From NCBI GenBank assembly GCA_002245135.1, contig NGBS01000589.1, forward strand, positions 186,001 through 233,149: a stretch of 47,149 nucleotides of DNA, given 5' to 3'. Positions 14,068-27,372 of the stretch are shown piece by piece. The stretch's first letter is position 1. Each line of letters begins with the position of its first letter. The translations under genes were made by a program, and so were the position numbers. The notes beneath the pieces were generated by a model. It worked only from the letters and a program-made list of their open reading frames with translations, searched no databases and was not told where the DNA came from. The stretch is from Proteromonas lacertae. Its lineage: Eukaryota.

Positions 14068-14099
<32 letters not shown>

Positions 14100-17000
14100 T
14101 AACTTTAACTTTTGATACTTTCTTAGGTTGTTGAGGAATAAATTCACCTTTATGTTCGACTGTATAATCAACACTAAATCTACTTCGATTGTTATTATTG
14201 GTTTTAAATCTTTCAATCATTCTACTAACATCTTCTAGTTTAGGAATCTCTTTGATTATTCCATCATATTCATATTCTGTTATATGAATAAAGGAGATAT
14301 AATCATGAATATAATTCTCTCGAATAAAATAGACGATTAGATAAGGCAGGAAATCAGCAGATGGTAAAAATGTTTGAATTAGTAACATTAACAGCTCTTT
14401 ACCTTTATTGATAGATTCATGATTGTTATTTTTATCTAATTGTTTCAATATTTGACAGTATATTTCATCTCTTAATTCTTTTACTTTATAACCATATTGT
14501 AATAATTCATAACTACATTGTTCAGGGTATTGATACTTTTTATCACCCATATAACCTCTCACACATTTGAAGCATAATATTGCTTGTTTAACTATCGGTA
14601 TATCATTGATTTGCAATAATGAAGTTGGAATTCCTTTGTTAGAATAACATTTCATTGTTTCATAATAGTGTTTACGATTGAATATATTGATTGAAGAATG
14701 AGAAAATTCTGAAGCATCTCTAAATCTACTATATTCATTCCATATATAGGTTAATTCTTGATTTTCTAATTTCTTCATTTCTATATGACATGTTCTATTT
14801 TTTAATCGAATAGGATCTTGTAGTTCTAAGGCTTTCTTCTTTTCTAATTCCATGAAACTTACTTCATCCATTCTCAATAATCGATTAACTTCATCAATCT
14901 TTTCACTTCGATAATTATTATTTTCTTCACACATTCTTTTTACATTCAACATTTGTTCTTTGTCTAAGTAAAATATACTTTCTTCAGCTAATGGTTCGAT
15001 TTTATGACCAATATATTCCTTTAATGTTTTCTTTGCTCTTTTGTAGATATTTTCTTGTTCAACACTGTGTGGACAGTTTATTATTTTTTCTGCTTCATCT
15101 ACCAGTCTTTCAATTCCATCATAATTATCATCAATGTTTTTACCAAGTAAACGAGTGAGTTTACTACTTAAATTCAACCATAATTGTAAATCTTTCTTCA
15201 ACTGAATTGCTTCTCTATAGAAATTCGGTTTTATACTTATCACACTTGCTAAACTACCTAATTTCTCATTATATATATTAATCACTTCATTCAATTGATC
15301 AATTTCTTGACTTTCAATAGCTTCATTGAATTTACGCTCTAATTTAGATTGCTTGATTATTTTCATATATCTTCTAGTAAAAACTCCTTTAATAAAACTT
15401 TGAATTATTGGACAAAGAGTATCAAGTTCTATATATACATTATATTATATTAATAATTATATACTGTTATTTCTAGCATCTTCTAATATTCGATGAATAT
15501 CTGATTTATATAAACACATTGAATTACCTATCATTACTCCTTCTTTTGCATCAGGTATCTTTTCTAAGATTTCTTTTACTTGACTTAATACATCTTTACT
15601 ACGGAATTTAGTCCATTTTCCATTTTCATTAATCATTACACATTTATATCGATGAACAAACTATTAAAATAAATAAATAATAATAATAATAATAATAATA
15701 TATATGTACTAGTTTATGTGTTAATCTAAATGGATATCCTAATTTACGAATCTTTACTGCTTCAAATACTCCACTATACGTTAATTGTTCCAAACACATA
15801 ACACTTTCAAATTCATTAGATACTTTATCATTATTAGGTTTAATACATCGAATATATCGACTGTAAGTTTTCTTTAGATTAGTCATTAAATCACTGAGTT
15901 GTTTTTGGAATTGAATACAAATTGTAATTTTTCTTTTTGTTTCAATATTTTCCATTGGAAATAACATTCCAATTCGTGGATTCTTAGATTCACTTAGTAA
16001 TTCATATAAACGAGGTAATAAGAAATCACTATTTTTATTTAAAAATCCACTAATATCATAAGTAACTGGACCTGCATAATGATTTAAAACAAAACAATTT
16101 GGTTTGGTACTATTATGAATAATTTTACTTTGACTACTGAAATGGTTGAGTATTTGGTTTAATAATTTATTATCATTTCCACCTGGAACTCTCCTCATTT
16201 CATTCAAATAAAAGAATATGCCTTCAGGTTTATCAATTATATCTAATATAGGTTGATTATCAATGAATTTGATATGTTCATAATTGATATTTTCACGTTT
16301 ATAAACAGCTTCTTCTTCAGTGAATGTACTGTGGTTGAAATGTTGTTGTAAATCTTCATTCGTATAGTTTATACATAATTGTTCAAATGAATTCTTTTCA
16401 AATATTTCAAATCCAAAAATATCTAATATACCAATAAATCTACCTCTTTTTCCTTTCACTGATTTATTAATTCTTTCTACTAACCAATTAAATAGACTTG
16501 AATATATCTCCTTAGCAATTGCATCTGTATTATCTTTAGCTTCCTTAGGATTTGTTGGTTGAATAATTGCTTCAACTCCTGGTGGTTTAAACTCTTTGTG
16601 AGTTAACCATTTTTCTAATTCGCTTGCTGGAACTCCTAATAATTTACTGATCTTATTAATCAACTCATGATTCTTAATAATGGAAATATCTAAACCATTT
16701 TCTTCACCTTTATCAAACTCAAGATTTCCTAATAATAACACAGCAGCGATCATATCTTTAATCCAATCAATTTCATCTGATTCAAAACCTAATATATTCA
16801 TTGATTTCATCACATTATCATATTCTAATTCATCATCTATTCCATCTGCTTCAGTACATACACGGGTGTATTTGTATTCACTTGCATCTCCTAAATCATA
16901 CTTATCTCTATTCTCTTTCTTTGATAAAAATTCGTAGAAGATGTGATAATTTCTTTCATTCTTTTGCTGTATAACAACTCTACTTTTTTCCAGTAAATAA

Positions 17001-17898
17001 TTGATTATTAAACTTCCACAGATTTTACCATTATTATCAAAATGAGTTTCACTCCATTTACCAAATCTCGAACTATTGTTATTTCTTACAGTTTTAGCAT
17101 TTCCAAAGGCTTCTAAGATTGGATTAGCTTCTAATATCTTTTGTTCTACACCATCATCACTACCAGCAACTTCTGCTAAAAACTGTAAACATTGTTTTGT
17201 ACATTCAGTTTTTCCACTACCACTTTCGCCACTAATTAAAATAGATTGATTTTCATTATTTAGTAATAGATCTTCATAAGCATTATGTGCTATATCATAA
17301 ACGTGAGGAGTTAGTTTTTTATTATGGACATCAGGATGAGAATGAATTGAGATAGTTTCAGGTGAATATATAGGTAATTTTTTAAAGGGATTGATGGAGA
17401 TTAATACGCTCTTATTTGCACCAACCCATGTATATATTTTATCCTGACTATATCTTTCACGAATATTATGCAGTATAAACCCTTCATTTATATCATCTAA
17501 CATTACTATATCATCTTCTAAATGATTTAAATGACTTCTATTTAAAGGATAAACTACTTCGTTCATTCTACATTTGTGAGTTGTATATCCATCTTCATAT
17601 AAGTATTCGTTTTCGTTTTCTTTGTGTGCTGGAGCCCATCCTAATCGATCGTGCTTTACCCAATACCAATCGCCTGTGTCTTCTTGAACTTCTCTCGTAT
17701 TTTTAACTAATGTTTCTTTCTTTACTTGTGGTGACTTTTTGGGGATTTCTGCTTTTTCTGCTTTGACTTTTGGACAAGCTGGAATGTCATTTCCTTTATC
17801 ATCTTTCAATAATTCTAATAATTCTGGATACTTGAACAGTTTTTGCCAACTACCACCTAATTCTGGACTCCACACACGAGTTTTTTCTGTAAATTCAT
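13726..17898 (-). CDS. Unconventional myosin with motor, IQ, MyTH4 and C-terminal SH3 domains
   Basis: GESGSGKTE, EAFGNAKTVRNNNSSRFGK, LDIFGFE and YIRCIKPN. Two short introns (15661-15709 and about 15430-15464). IQSFIKG IQ motif, MyTH4 (GYMGD...LRDEIYCQILKQL) and SH3 (AQVMYNFDG...DWW...GFVPKSYL). Confidence 0.93.
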
Positions 17899-18289
17899 TC
17901 TAAATATTTTTAAAAAGCCTCTATATACCTTTTTATAAAGACTCTTCAACTCTTCGAAACTAATTGGACCAATCTATTCATATTATTGACATATATTATA
18001 CACTCTCTTTCTTAACAGTATAGTACCAATTCTTCTTATCCATTTTTTGTTGGGATCTTTTTTAGAAAATCGAAGAAAGACGAACTGTGGCTTGATCAGA
18101 ATAGATATGAAATACGTTATACAATTTCTTTTTGTATTTGTTGATATAAAGAGATTGAAAATAGTATAGAGAATATATACAATCCAGGGGGGGAGAAAAG
18201 GAGAAAATAAGAATAGCAACAACTTTTTCTTCCATTTTGATTCACAATATAAAACATAAAAAATATACAAATAATATATAAAATATAAA

Positions 18290-19487
18290 TTACCTACAGC
18301 TTGTTCCAAATTTATCAAAAAATGAATCATATATTATATTCTTTCCTATATCTTGATTTCTTTGTCTATTCTTTAATTTATCTAATCTTGCTTGAGCTCT
18401 CATTTCAAAATGATTTTCTCTCATTGCCAATTGTTTTTCATAATCTTTTCTTCTTCTTTCTTCATCAGCTTTTCGGCATTTCTCTTCTAAAGCTTCATTC
18501 AATTCTCTATCTTTTCTAGCAGCTTCTTCAGCTCTTCTTATGTCATCTAATCTTTGTTGCTCTTGATCTTGATATAATTGGTTAATTTCATTATGATTCC
18601 AGCCTTTATACATATCAACTCTTACACGGTGACTTTGACCAGGTGCTCTGTTCATTATATCTTCTGGTCTTTGTAATTCTGCAAGAACTGGATCATGCAA
18701 TTGATTATATATTTGTTGTTGTACTTCATGATCATCATTAATTCTGTCTATTAAATCTTTGGTGTGTTTCTCACGAGATTTTAAAACATTTTCATTCCAT
18801 ACTTCATGTGTTACTTGACGTTTATATCTCTCATCTTCTTCTACAGCTCTCAAAGCAGCTAATCTTTGTTCCTCTAATTTTGTATCACAAGCTTTTTCTA
18901 ATTCATGATATTTATCTTCTCTGGCTTTTTTGTCTGCAAAAAACTCTTCAAAATCTCGTTTTTGTTTTTCTCCCTTTTCATGCCATTCTTCAACACTATA
19001 AATATGTATATTTATTCTAACTATACTAATTTGGATCTTCTCCAGCAAATTCTTGAGCTGCTGATATACCAGGATTATTGAAAATTGGAGGTTTATCATG
19101 AGCTATAGCACGTGGATCATTTAAATCCCATTCTCTACTCATATATTTCTGTTGATTTGATTTCCAATATTTTACTTGAGCAAAATGGGCATCTCTTTTC
19201 TCCTGCTCTAATCTCTCAACTTCCTGTATTGCAGCTTGTCTATTTCTTTCGATCATATCATCTAACAACAATATAACCATTTAAAAACATACCAACTGCC
19301 TGATCTTTTGCTCTTGTTTCTTCTTTTATTCTAGTGTTTTCCAATACCATGGTATCTAAAGCATCTACATCAATCTATAAAAAAAATATAGTAAAGATTA
19401 ACTATATACTCCTATTGTTCTTTTCTTTGCATCTAGAAAAGTATCTAATCTTGCTTGATCACGTTCATAACGATTCAAACTCTTCAT
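18290..19487 (-). CDS. RIBC: RIB43A-like axonemal microtubule inner protein
   Basis: FLDAKKRTIG|IDVDAL, REWDLNDPRA, PGISAAQEFAGEDPN, RVRVDMYKG and C-terminal FFDKFGTSCR, spread over short introns. Confidence 0.85.
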
Positions 19488-19576
19488 AGTAATTATAAAA
19501 AGAATATAAAAATAAGAAAAACGATTTCTTTTCAAACACCCAAATAAATTTGGACTAACCCAATTTTTATAAAACG

Positions 19577-22500
19577 ATGTTTTTGACATGTTATATTCTT
19601 GTGTTCTTATTACCATTTGTTGAACTCTCGTATAAGGATTATGTTTATAAATAAAATAGATCAAATGTCTGTTCTGAATCAGATTTTAATAAGTATCAAC
19701 AAACTGTGTATAAGAGAGCTATTAAGCAGATCCAGTTTATTCAAAATACGATAGAATCATATAGTCGAGTGCTATTTCAAAGTAATATCGCTGATGGTTT
19801 TAATGGAATAAAGGACACATTTATTACAATTGGTGATGATTATTCTACAAATTGTAGTGTTTGTGGTTATTATCTAACATTAATAACTAGAGATCCTCAA
19901 TCTATCTCGTATAAACAGACAATAATGAATGAAATATCAGATTTATTTTATATTCCAGCCTCAGATTTGTATATATATATATATATAAACATTTACTTTT
20001 TTTAGATTACAATATTTGCCAATTCGTCAGAATTATATTGAATATGTGAGTTTATGCATAGGCAATGAAGATTTGTTTTATATAGAATCGTATCCAATAA
20101 TTTTCTCACTAGAAGAATATTTAAATAAACTGTATGAATATAAAGATAATGTATTTAGTATGTTAAGTAAAAATGAATCTTATGAAACTCAACCAACTTA
20201 TAATCTCAATTATTATGAAAAAAATGTAATATATTCATACAGTGGAGAAGATAATAGTAAATACAATTTATCTTTCTCAATCAATATCAATCTTCAAAAA
20301 TTCTTTGATAATGTAATAAAAGAAGAAGATGATAATGTTAAAACATTTGCTTTAGATTTAAGTGGCCATATATTGAATGCATCTAATAAAACACTATTAT
20401 TTTTATTTAATGATGTTATTCCTAATCCACCATATATGCTGAATGGTTCTAGATATTTTCATTTAATTTTTTCATGTGTTGAACAAGAAAAAGAAGGATG
20501 TGTTAGTATATATTTATGATTATATATATATTTATTAATAATAGTTAAGGATGATGAACTATTATCTTTTAATATAAGATATGAGTTAGTGATAGCAAAT
20601 ATATATATTATTTCAATTGTACCAAGTCTTATATTTTCAGGCGGGCAAATTATAGCATCAACTTCAATAATTCCTTTCAAATTCTCAACATCAGAAGATT
20701 ATTCACATTCATCATTTTATATAATAAACACTGCTGATTATAATATATATTGGGAACAAGATAAAACGTCATCTTATGGTTTATTGACAGAAAATGAATC
20801 TGGAATAGTTTACAATCACAGTCAAGAATTAATAGATGTAAAATTAGATGTTCAAAAACAATTAAATGAAACAAATCATGTGTTTTATATGTCTATAGTA
20901 CCTGATACTGATTATGATGGATGTTTTGTTTCAATATTTTTAACTTCCAATTATACAATTGAAGATTGTAGTCCAATAGACTACACATCTTCAGTATCTT
21001 GTAGTGGTTTTAAAGGTTACATTTCTTACAATTTCCTTAATAAAACAAACTGTCATGACGGACTATTAAATATACCTCCAACTGAAATTTCTTGTCGTAT
21101 ATATATTTATATATTTATTTATTATACATAAATAGCCACTATTAGAAATATGAAAGGACCATCAATAATAGCACATTTGATAATAACTTCACTGAGTGTG
21201 TTATATATAATGTTTTATATATTTCTATTCACATTTTATCGTGAGAAAACAAGGCAGATATTTCCATTGTCATTATTGTATTTATTTTCAGCGGGTGAAT
21301 TAATATCTTCTGCATCTGGATATTTTGCTTATTTAAGTATAGAGAATCATGTTTGTATAATTCACAATTTCTTACTTACATATGGATTTTTGTTACAATC
21401 ATTAAGTTTTTATAATATTGTTGATGAATTAACTTCAATATATGTCAAGAAAAGAGTCTCACAGAATTATACATTCCGATCAATCTTCATTTCAATAATG
21501 ATTCCAACATTTATTCATGTTTTGATTTGTATTATAATTGAACCATATCATTATACACATACATATAATTATTATGATATAAAATTAGAAATAGAATTAT
21601 GTGGTTATCATACTAGATCTGTATTAATGGATCTTTTATTCTTTTTAACTCCAGCATTGTATTGTTTGTTTGGTACAGTTTTATTTATTCAACTTGTTCA
21701 AGCAACATGGAAATCATTATCATTCCCAATGAAAAGAGCATTAATTACACTTCAAATTTATGCTTTATTTTATTTATGGGTTGTAGTATATCGTGGATTT
21801 ACTACTTCTGAAGCTAATGGTTCAAGCATTTATGCATTGATAATGGTTGCAAGTATTATACCAATAGTAATATACACAATAATATTTCCATTAAACTTCT
21901 ATTTTAAAGATGAGAAGTCTTTTCATAAAACATTATATAGTAAATCAATATTAACTGATCCAATCGCTAGAAGTTGTTTGAAATTATTTTTAACAGCACA
22001 AAATCTCCAGCAAGAATTATACTTTTGGGAAGATGCTACAAATTATAGACAAACGTTTGAATCATTGTTAGAAGGTGAGAGATGTAATGCAAGAGATCAG
22101 ATAATATCATTATATATTGATGGAAGTAAAGGAATACAAGTTACTTGTCCTGATGCAATTAGAGAAGCAATAATAGAACGAGCAGCTCGTGGAGTTGCTG
22201 AATTAACAATTTTTGATGATGAAATAAATTATATAGAAGGAGTTGTATTAAAGAATCAAGAACCTGGGTTTTTAAATAGTATATTTGGTACAAAAGCATT
22301 GGTATTACAAAAGTGGTATGAAATATTTGATACTTTTGATTATGACATTCAATTAGGAATATTTGAGAAAGTAATAATGTGTATAAGAGATAGATCAGTT
22401 CAAAATGCAATAAAAGCAGCACCAAATCATTTTGTATTGTCAATGGATATAGATGGAAGTGTTTTATGTGATAGTCAAATTATTTCACAATCAAATTATA

Positions 22501-22631
22501 CTTTGCCTAAAAGTAAGAGTAAATCTAGTAATAATACCCAGACTCAATCTGCTTCTAATCTAACTCACAAAGAATCACCACAAAATGTTCATTTAGCGAA
22601 TGTATCTGAAGAAAACTCTGTTAGCGTATAG
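19577..22631 (+). CDS. Signal peptide, large ectodomain, multi-pass (about 7 TM) region and RGS domain (7TM-RGS receptor)
   Basis: Signal-like MFLTCYILVFLLPFVELS, several short introns, about 7 hydrophobic segments in 21150-21900, then RGS-like SILTDPIARSCLKLFLTAQNLQQELYFWEDATNYR...IISLYID. Confidence 0.75.
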
Positions 22632-22728
22632 CTTAAAGAATATAATAATTTATTTACCATATTTGTGTGTGTTTTCAGAGTTTATTTAACTGCAAAATTG
22701 ATTGTTTGCAAAATAGATTTGAATTTTT

Positions 22729-23637
22729 ATGAATTTTTCTAATAACTCAAAATATAGACCCTTATATGAGAAGTCTACGTATCCAGATAATCACATAGAT
22801 GAATATATATTGAATAATTTAATAATAAACAGTATATATATTACTTTTGTGTATAGGTTCACTTGAATCACAGAGATATATTGAATTGGCGTTCTATATA
22901 TCTGATATAATAATTCAGATTTGTATAGTTGGATCATTTTCTGTATACTAAATAATTAGTATTATTTTTAGTTGTCCTATATTGAATTATCATCAGATCT
23001 TATAAATACATTCCATTTTATCATTTTAACAGGAATATTTACTATAGTAGGATATTTTTCTAGATTTGCAAGAAAGAAATATAAAAATCGTAATATAAGA
23101 TCAATTATTAGTGATGGTTTATGTTATTTATTCACTTTGTCTATTATATTCATATCATCTCCAATTATTCAGATAATTACGTTTTATATTCCTTCAAATA
23201 TAATAACATATTTATATGTTATCTTAGTAATAATTCATTTAATCAGTTATGATTATATTCAACACAATAGTAACATTTCAACATGTTCAATAATCCTAAT
23301 GTCAATAATTATGAGTGGTAAAATGAAGAACGTATATAATATCTTTGGTTTTATGAATATGTGTTTTATATTATTTGGATTAGTTCCTGATATGAGAAGA
23401 GAGTTGAGAAGTGATAGAATTAGATACATATTCCTTACAATACAAATGATAATTTTAAATTGTTATTTAATCAGAATACTTGTGTCTGTTGAATATGTTA
23501 AAGTATTTTTGCTAATAATATTGATAATTTGGTTTATATTTCCATTATTTTATATTTCTATTCAGAAATACAAAAGAGTGATGAGAGGAAATTGGAATTA
23601 TGCAAAAATACCTGTAAAGGATATTACATTTAATTAA
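22729..23637 (+). CDS. PIGC: GPI-GlcNAc transferase subunit PIG-C/GPI2
   Basis: N-terminal LYEKSTYPDNHID, polytopic hydrophobic body with HLISYDY, and C-terminal IQKYKRVMRGNWNYAKIP. Short introns near the 5' end. Confidence 0.8.
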
Positions 23638-23712
23638 TCGTTTAATTTTTGTGTGTTGTTTTTAGTTATAATTAAAAACACATATAATAATAATAATACA
23701 ATATTTTATTAA

Positions 23713-25225
23713 TCAATAAAATTCTTTATCACTTACTGGATTTGTTGATTTAGGTCTTTCATTTGGATTTTCTTTATCTTTTTCAGCAGAAGGATCATTG
23801 GGGAAGAAAGGAGGTGGTGTTTTCAACATTGAACCTGTTTGGACTTCTATACCTGGAACACTTTCTAAACTCTCCAAATGCTCATAAATTCTTTTAATTT
23901 TTGTTTCAATATCCTCCTTTTTATTCATATTCTCCATATTACTGGTTGATATTTGTAACTTATAATCTGGTCCAAAGTATTCTAAATATTCATTATCAGG
24001 TAATCGATCATGAATATCATCACCTAAACCAAGTAAAACCGATGTTTCATATGTCCAACATCTATATATATATAACATAATAATAATAAAACAAAAGATA
24101 TATAATAAATACCTTGCTACATTTCTCATTGTATATCCACCACCACCTAGCACCAATATTGGCACTCCATATGATTTCACATGATTTACACAACCAGCAT
24201 GTCCTTTTAATGATAAATTAAAACAACCTAATCGATCTCCACTTAAAGAATCAGCTCCACATTGTAATACAAATGCTTGTGGTTGATAACATTCCATTAC
24301 TTTATCCATTACTTGCTTGAATACTGAAATAAATGTTACATCATCAATACCATCATCAAATGGAACATTTACTGCATATCCTTTACCTGTTTCTAAACCA
24401 ATATCTTCAATATTGCCAGTCCCTGGGAAATAATCTCCAAACTTGTGGAATGACACTGTCATTACTCGGTTGGTTGTATAAAATGCTTCTTCTACTCCAT
24501 CACCATGATGAATATCAATATCAATATAACAAACACGAGTATAATACCTAATAAAAATAAATAAATAATAATTATATATACTTCAATAATTCTATTATTC
24601 CTAATACACAATCGTTTACATAACAAAATCCACTTGCTTCACTTTTCTTTGCATGATGTAAACCTCCAGACCAGTTTATGACTATATCTGAGCTTTTATC
24701 ATTTAACAGTCCGGCACCTGATATTGATCCACTAGCATATATTCTTACATAATCATATAATCCATCAAATACTGGACAATCCTCTCCAACATTAACTATT
24801 AATTAATAATTTCATTAATTTATACATCTTTGCAATTGTCTTACATAACTTTGCATGTTATAAGGTGTTATTGATTTAAGAAAGTTGACATAATCATCAG
24901 TATGGAATCTGGTAAGCTCACTATCGCTAATAGGAGTTGGTTGCTATATAATTAATTTATATGACTTATACAAGACATTTCATTTTGCTGTGAAGACCAT
25001 AATCAGTAATTAGTTGATGAGCTAAGCGAACACGATGAGGCTATTATATTATCCATTTATAACATACCTTCATTGGATGTCCTACTCCATAGTGAAAGTT
25101 TCCAATCTCAGCTAAGTAAAATATTAATTAACATCTATACGGTGGTAGTAATATGAGATCCTATGAGAACTAATTGAATTATCAACTTTTGACAATCCAT
25201 CTTCTGTTTTATAAACTAATTCCAT
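23713..25225 (-). CDS. HDAC1: Class I histone deacetylase (RPD3/HDAC1-like), multi-intron
   Basis: Exons give [96 protein letters not shown] and GGGGYT. Confidence 0.96.
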
Positions 25226-25332
25226 ATTCTTTTCTTCTCAATATGTTTGATTAAGCTTGACATTATTTTTGACATATTTACGGTCAAAATGCCAAGCTTC
25301 TCAAGTTTTTCTTTATATAAAAGTGTTAAAAA

Positions 25333-27248
25333 CTAAATGATTTCTTCTCTTTCTTCTTTACATATATCTGAATTTTCACAAACAGCTGTTGAAAAGATTT
25401 TTTCTTTTGTTTTACTAAATTCGTGTTTTGTTCTTTCTCTTTCTACTGGATCATAATTTGAATTGATTAAATCGGATAAATATTCATCTTCATCTACTAA
25501 TTGCTGAGAATATAAACAATCTTCTTTCAATTTCTATAACAAAGTATATTTTTACAGAAATAACATGATAATTTTTATGACATTACAATAATTATGTTTT
25601 CATTGCATCTTCTCTATAAAACATCTTTCTGAATGTTATAAGACATTCTAAAACAGGAAACACACATATTCCACTGTGCAGCATGTTTGCACTTATTCCA
25701 GCATATTTACTTTGAAATCCTACTTGATTACTTTCATCTAAATAATAATGTACCAATCGGGGAAAAAAAACATATAGGGAAATGGCGCAATGTGCTATTT
25801 CCCTTGATTGCACATTATTATAGTATTTGTAGTTTGTTTTATAGATATGATTTAAACATAGTAAAAAAATAATAATAAAGTAATTCAATTCTTATCATTA
25901 TTACTTATTGTTCACTTTGTTATATATTTCTTCATATCCTTATTCCATACTATTCATTACATTAATATTAATATTATATACTGTTATAGTAACATTTACC
26001 TATTTCATAATTACATACATACTTTTCATAATCACTTTTACATATTTCTAATGCAGATTTATAATATTCCAATGCTTTTTCATATTCTTTCTATTATAAT
26101 CATTATATTATATCATTATACAATATTGAAATAACAATCACCTATATTATATCTGCAGTTATATTTTTGTTCATTTGTAGATGCACTTTCTAATGCAGAT
26201 TTCAAATATTCTATTGCTTTTTCATATTCTTTCTATTATTATAATCATTATATTATATCATTATACAATAAAAAAATAACAATCACCTATATGACATCTA
26301 CATTCATATTTTTGTTCATTTGTAGATGCATTTTCTAATGCAGATTTCAAATAATCTATTGCTTTTTCATATTCACTCTATTATAATCATTATATTAAAT
26401 CATTATACAATATAAAAATAACAAGCACTTATATGATATCTACAATCATATTTTTGTTCATTTCTAACTGCACTTTCTAATGCACATTTAAAACATTCTA
26501 TTGCTCTTTCATAATCTTTCTATGGAGTTTATATAACATAATCAATAGTCATACGGAATAAACGTAATTAAATCCTTCTAGAAATTCATCATTGTAACTT
26601 GAAGGATAGCTTTCATTTGACTGTTTATTATAGACAGACAGTATTTTATACTTTATCACTACTGATATTACATCTCATCATATTCATCATTTTGTATGAA
26701 TCTGTTGTAAAACATCTCATTAATACTGATTTTGAAACAACAGGACTGAAGCTACTAACTCTAAACACTTTTATCAATTCTACATTCTATTCAATATAAA
26801 TACACCAATACTGATCGAAAATTATTCACATTCCTTTTAAAATATCTTGGAATTGATTTTATCATCAATTTTTATAATAACGAATTTGGGTTATTCGAAA
26901 TGTTTTTCATAAACCAAATATCAAATATCTCTTTATTTTCTTGTATAATCATGAATTTTAATTCATACTATATCAAAACAACAAAATAAGAATCATTTAG
27001 ATTATTCATTATTGCAGTCGTTAATTTTCATAGAGTTGCTACGTTTATTCAAATTTATCAACAAACATTCACATATATTAAGGTAATAAATACTTTTTGT
27101 TTGTTTATGTCTTTCTTTAAAATTGTTGTATTTTCATCAACTAACGCTTTAATGTTCAACTAAACATAATTATTCATTTAACTAGATGGAGCTATTATTT
27201 TTATTTCTCTTCACCAATCTTATCAAATATCTCATCCTTTTCTTTCAT
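25333..27248 (-). pseudogene. TPR-repeat gene, 3'-truncated copy
   Basis: Minus-strand units KEYEKAIEYLKSALENASTNEQKYECRCHIGDCYF separated by about 31-nt introns; stops and a frameshift are present. Confidence 0.6.
25355..26978. repeat. Direct segmental duplication copy 1 (about 1.62 kb)
   Basis: Near-identical to 28716-30335; the same ORFs appear twice in the ORF track about 3360 bp apart. Confidence 0.95.
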
Positions 27249-27372
27249 TTTGTTTTAAATCGCATATTTTAATTTCCTTGTAAAAGCAATAAAAAAACAT
27301 AAAGTCAATCTTATTTTTATAAACTACAAACAATAATTATTTATATAAAATATAAAAAGAGTAAGTTGAATC

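Noticed and set aside
17983..18330. 115-aa minus-strand ORF between myosin and RIB43A
   Set aside because: No motif, AT-rich composition, and it overlaps the RIB43A 3' end in another frame; probably intergenic.
1860..23713. Blastocystis-style stop codons created by polyadenylation
   Set aside because: All host genes examined have genomic stop codons, and no exact TGTTTGTT motif was seen at the expected position.
25985..26525. Regular repeats resembling a CRISPR array
   Set aside because: The units are about 130-bp coding exon-plus-intron repeats without unique spacers; the context is eukaryotic and there are no cas genes.
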